From Eledone cirrhosa (taxonomy: Eukaryota), in contig OZ024747.1 in the NCBI GenBank assembly GCA_964016885.1, forward strand, positions 2,542,001-2,606,000: DNA of 64,000 nt. Reading direction: 5' to 3'. The position numbers were made by a program, and so were the translations under genes. This document shows positions 54,589-64,000 of this stretch, piece by piece (position 1 is the first letter of the stretch; each line of letters begins with the position of its first letter). Below the pieces are notes generated by a model that saw only the letters and a program-made list of their open reading frames with translations, was not told where the DNA came from and did no database searches.

Positions 54589-54888
54589 CTATACATATAT
54601 ATATAAACACATATTAATATACATACATATATAAACACATGAATATATATGTGTATATATATATACACACATATATATTCATGTGTTTATATATATATAT
54701 ATATATACATATTAATATATATATATATACATATATATATGCATGTATACACATCTATTCATGTATGTATTATGCATGTAAGTAGGTAGGTGTGCATGGA
54801 TACATGAGTTTAAATCATATACATGTGCATACATAACATATACATTAGGTGTATATCATTAGATCATATATTATACAATATATATATG

Positions 54889-54921
<33 letters not shown>

Positions 54922-55114
54922 GTATATTCAATGTACAATATATTTTGTACATTTTACAGAATATCAATCATAATACAAATATACAATATAAATTATATAC
55001 ACATGTGTGTAAATATTGTTTCTGTCTCCAGAGGTATTTATCAGATTTTCTCAACTATTATTTGTAGTGATTGAATATTATCATGGTCATGTGCATCGGG
55101 AGGTACACATTTTA

Positions 55115-55154
55115 AATTTCCCCAATTCTTCTTAAATCAATCGCTTTATATATA

Positions 55155-55230
<76 letters not shown>

Positions 55231-55291
55231 TATATATAAAGCGATTGATTTAAGAAGAATTGGGGAAATTGGTTGTGTACATGCATATGTG

Positions 55292-55345
<54 letters not shown>

Positions 55346-55366
55346 CACATATGCATGTACACAACC
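55115..55366. repeat. Two abutting (TA)n-centred palindromes (55115-55270, 55271-55366)
   Basis: aatttccccaattcttcttaaatcaatcgcttt/aaagcgattgatttaagaagaattggggaaatt; ggttgtgtacatgcatatgtgc/gcacatatgcatgtacacaacc. Confidence 0.9.
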
Positions 55367-56963
55367 ATTTATATGTATGCATATATATATATACATAGAT
55401 ATAACACCTCTTGCAGCCATCAAAACTACTTATTTAGTGTAATATTCAATGTAAAACTGAGAATGGAGAAATGAATAAGGTTTCTTTCCTCTGTGTTCTA
55501 CTGAAAAGAAGGAAAATATTTCATGCAATTACATACACAAAAGCCATTCGTACTTGTTCTATGGGTCCATTATTTTGTATTGATGAAGGAAAGCATTCTC
55601 AATTGTCTATAGAGAAGGCCTGGTAATATCTATTTCGAAGAAAGAATCGACTGTAGAACCTCACCAAGGATTGTCATGGAAATTCAAATGAAATCGCCAT
55701 TTGAAAGACTTCATCTGCCAACTTCTCAGCCTAGCATGGAAAAAGATTCAACAAATGGAAAGAAAACTAAATAAATAAATAAATATAAAAGAAAAAATTC
55801 TATAGCTTAAAGGGCAATATATTCCTCACCTACTATATATATATATATATATGTTGGATGTGCTTTTGTATATATTATATATATATAAATATATATATGT
55901 ATATATATACACCTATGTAGATGAGTATTTAAATGTATTTATGAGTATATTTATATATGTATATATGATAGTGTGTGCATATGTATATATACACACACAC
56001 ACAAACACACAAAAACACACATATAATTGCAGATAAATGTATATATACATATATATATGTATGTATACATATATAAATATCTCGTGAGAGTTAGTGTTAG
56101 TAAATGACTTATGCAGCAACACGCATTTATGCACACACACACACAGTGACACACAGGCACACACGCACGCACACACCCACACACACTCACACAATTCTTT
56201 TTTCACAATGAAATTGTTTAGGCAAGATTTTTTGTCTTTAATCAAGCGAACTCACAAAATATGGAAAGCTCTTTATCTGCTGACTATTTCTAAAATAAAA
56301 TCACTTCATTCTTTACTTGCTTTCCTTTATATTAGATATCTTCCTTGAATAAATTTATGGACAAAATCTAGTTTTTTTTTTCAACTAAGTTAGCCTTAAT
56401 GCATTATATTAGTTATGTCTATGTCTCTCTGAATGTGCGTGAGTTTTATTTTAGCTTTCACTTCTAATTGATGTGTGTGGGTTATTTTGCTTTCTTAACA
56501 CACAGACACATATATATAATTACATACACACATACATAAAACTACATACATGAATACATACATACATATATTTATACATACATGCATACATATACATTCA
56601 TACATACTTATAAATCACCACATAACACATTCAAAAACACATACATATATATATATATATATAAACATATATGTGTTTTTGAATGTGGTAGGTAGTAATT
56701 TATATGACTGAATCTTTAGCTAGTGGAGATGTTAAAGAAACTTTCTCTGTCTCACAATCTCTATGTATATACACACGTATCATCATCATTATCATTTTTA
56801 CATCTGTTTTTCCATGCTTGCATGGGTTGGACAGATCCTTTTCAGCACATCTCCCCACTCGTTGCATTCCTTCATCATCTCTTCTGTGAGTTTCAGCAAT
56901 TTTATATATATATATATATATATATATTTGGCACTAGAAAGGGCATCTAGCCATAGAAACTGA

Positions 56964-57127
56964 TATTGTTATACCTTTGGAGGGTCATGATATCAATAAA
57001 AACACACACACCAGTTGAGTTTCACTTCAATTATGACAATTTTCCATCATTTAGTTTAGTAACCAGATGGTTGTTTAGTTGTTAATTCTCAAAGCTCTTT
57101 TGTCACATATTCTGTGACCACTTCAAT
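56964..57127 (-). mobile_element. Old solo pLTR related to the 20.7-22.1 kb Penelope-like family
   Basis: tattgttatacctttggagggtcatg...aaacacacacaccagttg...ttgtcacatattctgtgaccacttca aligns by eye to 20708-20912. Confidence 0.7.
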
Positions 57128-57762
57128 AACTACTTTTGTTACTTAGTGTCATCATTTTGTCCTTATTTACACCATCTTCACATGGTATAACAATATGAAC
57201 ATACATATATTTATATATGACTTCTATGAATTTTGTACTGACCAAATTTCACTCAGAAAGCATTGGTCAATGTGAGGCTATATTAGAAGACACTTGTTCA
57301 AAGTGCTAGATAGTGAGATTGAACTCAGAATCACTTGGCTGTAAATTTGAATATGTTAACCATACAGCCATATATATGTCCCTGAAGTGTAGATGAACTT
57401 GGCAGTAAGATGTTTAAAGATGTTCAAATTTATCTGAAATCATTGTTGCTACAATGATACACAACTGATTTGGAAGTTGTGTGCTTGATTTAATAAATTC
57501 TTTCTACATGAGGAAATAAACTTTATAACCAATCTAGTCGTAGTAAATGCTAGTGTCAGGTTCAGTTGGTTTTACATGGCTACCTTATTATCTTACAAAC
57601 TCAACATCTCCAATATTCGAAGATACCATCCTATCAGCCAAATAAATGTTCAACAGTTTTCCCATCCCATATCTGGAGTATTGTTCCATGCGACACTTAT
57701 CAAAGATACTTATCTCTCAATGAGCCAAATTTTTCAGGTTTCATGATGACTTGAACAGCAAT

Positions 57763-57823
<61 letters not shown>

Positions 57824-57837
57824 CTTCTCTGTTGTTT

Positions 57838-58462
57838 ACTCGAGAGAAGACTACATTGGTACGGTCACGTGATGCGCATGAAAGACGACACCTGTATAAA
57901 AAAGTGCAAGGCAATAAAATAAAAATAGACGGTAGCCACGGAGTAGGCAGACCCAGAAAAACCTGGGACAACTTGATAAATTCCGACCTCACACACTTAC
58001 ACCTCTCCAAGACAATGGCACTGGACCGAGATCTTTGGCGCTACACAATAATACAGAAGACTCGCCTTACCTAAGTACAAAGCGAAACCTACTACAGTCA
58101 GTAGGCACCACTAACAAAAATAGACTCCCGTCCTACTACCCCACCCCCATCCACACTACCCCTTTCAATGTAAAGTTATGTTGGTACCACAACATCCAGT
58201 CCGAAACAAATGAGGTCGTGTAGGTGTCACGACAAAAAAAACACACAGTCCACGCTGTAATGTGGCGTGTAGGTAACACAGTAAAAACCTCCCAGTCCAC
58301 ACTGTAAACGTGGTTGGTGTTAGGAAGGGCATCCAGCTGTAGAAAACCCGCCAGACAGTCCTATGCGAGCAAGACAACCACTCTTGCCTCAAGTGGGAAA
58401 ACTCCCGTCCAAACCCATGCAGGCGTGGAAGATGGACGTTAAACGATGATGATGATGATGAT
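57838..58462 (+). mobile_element. RTE-type LINE 3' fragment
   Basis: [21 protein letters not shown], 3' UTR and (GAT)n tail. Confidence 0.9.
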
Positions 58463-58722
58463 ATATATACATATACATATAGTAAAAAGTTAGTGTCTGG
58501 CGACTGAACAACTCCCTATCTCTTCCCCCCCCCCCATCTCCTTATATATATATATATATTTATATATATGCCATTTATGTTAGATGGTAAATCTAGTCAT
58601 TTTGATTAGCAGACTGTGATGCAATAAGCCAAAACACTAAACATTATGCATATCATCTATTGTTGATATGGTATCTCGTTGTTGGTGCAGGATCAGAATT
58701 AAAAACCTTTTTTTTCATTGAA

Positions 58723-58772
<50 letters not shown>

Positions 58773-59070
58773 AGAAGTTATATTTAATTTGTTGGGATAC
58801 AACAAGCAAAATATTTTTATAACTGATATAAAGCACTCAACAAATTATTGGAGTAAATATACAATATATTAATTTTCTCTTTCTTCTCTTTCTTTTTTCC
58901 TTATTCCAGCGGCTTAATTTAAATATACTGTTATTTAAACCTTTCCGACACTAATTTGCATAATAAACCAACAATAAATCTAATAACTCCACTATCCAGG
59001 AGATTCCAACCAGAATGGTTGCATTTTTTAAGGGTATGTCAATATTTATTTAAAAAACTAACCTATATTA

Positions 59071-59135
59071 TATTTTATCTGATGAAAGCGCACCATAGTT
59101 TACCTTGGTGGCCCTTGAAATATGTATAATGAAAT
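59071..59135 (+). ncRNA. Degenerate hammerhead-like motif
   Basis: ttat-CTGATGA-aagcgcacca(tagtttacct)tggtggccctt-GAAA-tatgtataa; stem I register imperfect. Confidence 0.35.
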
Positions 59136-59367
59136 AAATATGGTTTTATAAATATAGTTTCCATTTGTTAATATATTGTATATATATATATATTCATATC
59201 AGTACAATAGGTGTATGATTTATATTACTTCAAATTTAGGTATATATGTATAATATATATATAGTGAAAATTGGAACGGGAACGGAAACAGAGAGGCAGT
59301 ACAAACAAAGGCTTATTAGTTTCACGCTCTTGAGAGTGGGGGGGGGGTACATATATATATATATATA

Positions 59368-60327
59368 CAGTGGCAGACTAGGTCTAAAAATATTGGTTGC
59401 CAAGAGATGAAGGGGGGGCCCACCTACATTTAGAATGCTATCATTTAATTTTTATAATGAATAAATAACATTTTCGGAAAATACATAAGTGGAAACAAAA
59501 CAGTGCAGTTAAATTTTTGTGGAAAAATATTTTACCTTCTCCAATAAAAAATGTTTTGCGAAATCCAGAGACTTTCCATAATGACCAGAAGTCAACCCTA
59601 AATATTACTAATAGATCTAGGAAAGTCATGAACAACAGCACATCTTTTTAACTTTGATTTTGAAAGTAGGTTTATAATTATCAATTTTCATTACACTTTT
59701 GTAGCTGTCTCGGTGGCCGAGGTGGAGGAGTCACAGATGGTGGTGATCTGGGAATGAAGTTCGGTCTGGAGTAGGGTTCCCAGTAAACTTTTTCAGTTTT
59801 TTTCTGTTGGTTGTAAAATAAAAACTGAAAAAGGTTACATCCTCACCAGGATTGAACCCAAGGCCAGGATCTCCACCATCTCTATTATCTACCACTAGGC
59901 CACAGAGACAATTACAAAGATCTTATGAAAATTCATACTTATAAACCTACTTCCAAAATGTTCAAAACAAAGTGTTGTGGTGTCATTTATGTCTTTCTTG
60001 ATGTTATTGCTCCTACTTAAGGTCGATTTCTAAATCATTTGGGTGTTCCATAAACTACATCCTCATTTTGTTTCTCATCTATTTAGACTATATTTTAATT
60101 CCCTGGGGAATTGGTTGACCAAATGCTTTGCTTAATTGTTTTATTTATTTAAAAAAAAATGTTACTCTTTCGCTTAGATTTCAGGTAATTTTCGAAAGCA
60201 AAGCATTGGCCCCTAAAATACTACAGTGGGCCCTGCAATGCTATTGTGGGCTCCTGCAATGCTACAGTGGGGGTACCTGGGCCCACTTGCCATTGGGAAA
60301 CCTGGCATCCTGGCCAGTCCACCGCTG
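59368..60327. mobile_element. Non-autonomous hAT-like DNA transposon with an internal ~460-bp palindrome
   Basis: Termini cagtggcagactag / reverse complement cagcggtggactgg; flanks tatatata and tatataat (8-bp TSD-like); repeated gggccc subterminal motifs. Confidence 0.65.
59828..59908 (-). ncRNA. tRNA-like Pol III unit (A box, B box, T-run)
   Basis: Minus strand tggcctagtgg ... ggttcaatcc ... ttttt; degenerate inverted partner at ~59707-59793. Confidence 0.5.
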
Positions 60328-60913
60328 TATATAATCATTGTTATGTCTGCTGTCCACATTGGCATACACACATATGCATAAATATATCATCGTTTAACAA
60401 TCACTCTTCCTGTTATAAAGAGTTGACCAAGTTGTCAGCAGACTGTGCTGGTACTTACAGTAGAGATAGTGACCCCATAGTGAACTAGGAACCTGCATTT
60501 CATTTCAATTCCTGCACCCTCCCAAATGGACACTTGAAGAGGAAAATCAGTATGATGAAGCAATGGGTGCCTTCCAGTCAGTTTTTGTGAAAGGTGGATG
60601 AGTGTGGTGAGTATGGTCTGAGTGAATAGGCCTGTAAATTAGAGGAGGGCATCAGGGATGGGGCTCTTTCCCTAGAAGTCAAGGTAACTGGGGCTTTTTG
60701 TGAGATTTCTCTACTAGTGACCCTCAGAAGTTTCACCTTATTAAGGTATTTTCTCTTGTTTTATATCATTGTTGTTTTCTGTTATCTCACTTTTTACAAG
60801 ACCCCCCCCCCCCCACACACACACACACATACTATTGTCCTCTGTAATTCTGTATTGTCTATAATGTTTTCTTCATGTTAATTCTGTGTAGCTAATAAAG
60901 AAATCATTATCAT

Positions 60914-61040
60914 AGGTTAGCTTTGACTTTCATTGTTATGGGGTCGATAAAATAAAGTACCAGTAATGCACTCTGGTCTATTTAATCAACTATCCCCTCT
61001 CCCCAAAATGTGTGGCCTTGTGCCTGAATCAGAAATCCTT
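60914..61040 (+). mobile_element. SINE A 3' part
   Basis: Core and tail match. Confidence 0.75.
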
Positions 61041-61044
61041 ATTA

Positions 61045-61435
61045 ATATTATTATTGTTAGGAATTTGATATCTCAGTCATTGATGTTATTTAACTGAAAA
61101 ATTTGCCACTATCTGCAGCCACAGATATTCAGGACATATCAGAGGATCCTTGCAGTTCCTAGAAATGTTCCAAAAAAGGGGGTTACGCTAATGATTTTTA
61201 AACAGCCTTGGAAACTCTTTGAGATAGTACCTAGTGCTCCTCTGATAAAGGAGATGAACTTGATCTCATGACAATCCCAAATCCATTTCTGTTCCCACTT
61301 TAGATCCTGGTAACTGTTAATTTCCTCCTTCTCCATTTCTTGCACTCTTCTGTCAAAGGGGCAGGCTACATCTATAATCAAGCAAGATCTTTTTTCTTAG
61401 TTAAAAACCACCCAGTCGGGCCTATTGTGTTCCAA
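61045..61435 (-). pseudogene. R4/Dong-like non-LTR relic (restriction-like endonuclease)
   Basis: IIDVACPFD...E...YQDLKWE...IW...GALGTI...LGTARIL. Confidence 0.7.
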
Positions 61436-61781
61436 TTCTTTACTATTATTGTTGTTGTTGTTGTTTGTGTTTTTACTCTTGCTTCAGTTTTGTTTCCATT
61501 TCTTGCCAAGTGTCTTTCTGACACCTATGACAAAGAAACTCAATGTATATGTTGGTAAGCCATAAAAATAAATACACCAGATTGTTCATGCCACACACTT
61601 TACATAGTTACAAGTATATCATTTGCTTTATACATACATGTGTATATTATCTGTTTAAAATCATATTTACAACAGAATGATAATCAATCATATAAAAGTG
61701 CTCACTTATTTATAACTTGCATAATTATAGAATATAATCTAATAAAGTTATGTAAAAAAAATTCATAGAGGAATGTCATTC

Positions 61782-62175
61782 TCACAGCGATAATACGCTT
61801 CTCAATGCTTGTGTCGTATCAGCTAAAACAATTTTGTGCATTTCTTGCAGTGATGGAAAGCCAGGGATCAATCTTAAATAATTTTCTGTTCCTTTTTTGA
61901 TGCCCTCTAGTGCACCTACAATTACCTGTATTGTAACCACATTGAGATGCCACATTTTTTCAATTTCAATGGGCAAATCTTTAGAATAGATTTTTCTGAG
62001 CTTGTCAAATTCTTTTGCTGCTATATTTTGATCACAGGGGATGCTCATATCAATTAGTAAACAGACTTTGTTATTTTGGTCTTTTACAATAATCTCCAGT
62101 CCATTAGCTTTAATGGTTCTGTCTGTTTGTACAGGAAAGTCCCAAAGAATTGTTACATTTTCTCCTTCAGTTATT
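61782..62175 (-). pseudogene. R4/Dong-like non-LTR relic (RLE domain)
   Basis: TILWDFPVQTDRTIKAN...CLLIDMSIP...KEFDKL...IEIEKMWHL...IVGAL. Confidence 0.85.
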
Positions 62176-62544
62176 ATTATCATCGTAAGGGCAGTGGATT
62201 GGCAGTATCGATAGAGTGTCGGACAACATGTACCTCAATGATACTGATGTGTGTGCCCCATTGAGTTCATATTTTTGTAGGGCTAGGTGGCTAGAATAAA
62301 CTCTTCCTGTAAGTCTTATTTTATTATGGGATTTATCTTGTTTTGTTTGTTATTTTGGTGTTTGTTCTGTTGTGTATGTTATATGTAATATGAGTTGTGT
62401 TATTTCATTGGGTAGCCTATATGTTACATCTTGTAGCCTAAATGTTACATCTTGTAGCCTATATGTTACATGATCTGTGTTGTATTATTTTATTAAATTA
62501 TTGTATAGGGTGTGAAGTTTGTTCTATTTGAGCTGTGCTATTGA

Positions 62545-62968
62545 ATCAATAATCTCTTGTGCAGGATGTGAACTGTGCTTAGCAGAGTTATTTTTTCAGT
62601 AGAGCATAATTTTGTAAACTCTAATTTAGCTTCTATATTTGTTGTTGTTATACTCAGTGCTGCAATTATTATTGGCACCCGTTTTACTTTCATGCTCCAC
62701 ATTTTGTATGTTTCAATTTTCGGATCTTATTTTGACAGTTCTTCCACTTCTTTTCAGCTAATAGGCCAGAATGGATTGAGATGTCTATCAGTGTGCTTCT
62801 GTCTTTGTTTTTACCAGTCCTTGATTATTATGTCTGGATGCTTTGCCTCGATTTCTTTTGTCAGTTTGGAAAGACGTAGATAATTGTAGCCAGGTTGTTG
62901 TCATGTAATGTGTTTGTTACATGTGTATAGTATGTCTTGTCCATTTTCATGTCAAAGTGTTTTGATTA
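62545..62968 (-). pseudogene. Third, more decayed R4/Dong-like RLE relic
   Basis: Frameshifted minus-strand pieces HPDIIIKD, LIDISI, KMWSMKVKRVPIIIAAL, ITLLSTVHIL. Confidence 0.6.
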
Positions 62969-62971
62969 TTA

Positions 62972-63157
62972 TTGGCAGTATCGGTAGAAGGTCGGACGCC
63001 ATGCTTTGCAGCATAAAGTTATGCCCCTTTACGGTCTGAGTTCAAATCTGACCGAGGTTAACTTTGCCTTTCATCCTTACGGGGTCGATAAAATAAAGCA
63101 CCAGTAATACACTTGGGTAATTGCTGGCCTTGTGCAAAAAGTAGAAATTATCATTAT
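62972..63157 (+). mobile_element. SINE A
   Basis: Full head, core and tail between (ATT)n; an isolated SINE A head is also at ~62189-62230. Confidence 0.9.
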
Positions 63158-63159
63158 TA

Positions 63160-63400
63160 CTTACTGGCCCCAATTCATCAAAAATGCCAGCCATATACGA
63201 GATGATTGGGGCCAGGTTGTCAGGTATGAAGTTTGCTACATGTTTATACCACTTCTTGTTTATTTCCACATTGAAATATTGGAATATTACCCTGTAGTTG
63301 TAGCTGCCAACACAATCATGTCTGGGGATGAGCAGCCAAAGATGATGTCAACCAAGTCACTCTGCTGGTTGTGCATTTTGCATTTGGTGTTTGAAACCAA
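63160..63400 (-). pseudogene. Possible R4-like relic (decayed CCHC knuckle to KWYKH region)
   Basis: CKMHNQQ...IIFGC then EINKKWYKHV. Confidence 0.4.
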
Positions 63401-64000
63401 TTTGATTATTTTGTTCTTCCAGTTGTTTGAGGTCTGACCTTGGTCTTCTACAGTGAGAATCAGTTCTTCTATTTTTACATTTATTCTAGAGTTTCTGAGC
63501 CATTATTGACTTTCACTTCGGCTTACATCTTTTCTGCGAATGGAGTGGATCTTCTCTTCATTTCTCCTTTAGTATATTTTCTGAGTTTTAATATTGTTTT
63601 TCTCTCTTTAACCATTTTATGTTGCTATCTAAATTTGTTTCAACATATTTTGTTTCTGGTTTATATTTTATTGTTTCCTTGTATACAGAGAAAAGTATTT
63701 TGTTTTTCTTTTATCATGTTTCGTTGTTACATTTATCAGTCTTCCTCTATTTCATTCTAAGTGCTTTTCCAGTCCACCTGTTGTTATTTTGGAGTATTTT
63801 TCTATTTATGTCTGGCCATAATTATTTTGTGTGCAGGGTAGGTATATTTTTGTCTAAGTCTGCTTTGGATGCTGGCTTCAGTATGATATCAGAAGTTTCC
63901 TGGTTTTCTGTCTATATTATTTTAGTTCACTTAACTTCTAGTTATAAAAGTCGTAGTTTATAACTGGTATGACCCCTGTATCTATTCATATTCTCTTATT

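Noticed and set aside
63400-64000. A-rich minus-strand stretch resembling a decayed retroelement ORF
   Set aside because: Multiple stops and no motif I can identify; truncated by the window edge

Overview
AT-rich, microsatellite-dense eukaryotic non-coding DNA. The repeat complement (RTE-type LINEs with (GAT)n tails, abundant tRNA-derived SINEs, very many (TA)n tracts) suggests an invertebrate, probably a cephalopod; this is inference. I can support no host protein-coding gene, and nearly all listed ORFs are microsatellite or tandem-repeat artefacts. Real coding remnants are all retroelement-derived: RTE-like RT with an embedded C4HC3 finger, a Penelope-like GIY-YIG endonuclease, R4/Dong-like and CRE-like restriction-like endonuclease relics. 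The most notable signal is a recurring architecture of outward-facing inverted repeats carrying hammerhead ribozyme (HHR) motifs, flanked by (TA)n tracts. Examples: (i) a ~445-bp palindrome at 41.0-41.45 kb with a canonical type I HHR on each strand; (ii) a Penelope-like element with inverted HHR-bearing pLTRs at the centre of a ~3.8-kb near-perfect inverted duplication of flanking DNA (19.5-23.3 kb); (iii) a decayed third case at 28.8-29.1 kb, plus solo HHR-like motifs. Also present: a ~4.5-kb 48-bp satellite grown inside a LINE 3' UTR, a hAT-like non-autonomous element carrying two inverted tRNA-like Pol III units, and several (TA)n-centred fold-back palindromes. Coordinates were read by eye and may be off by a few bases.
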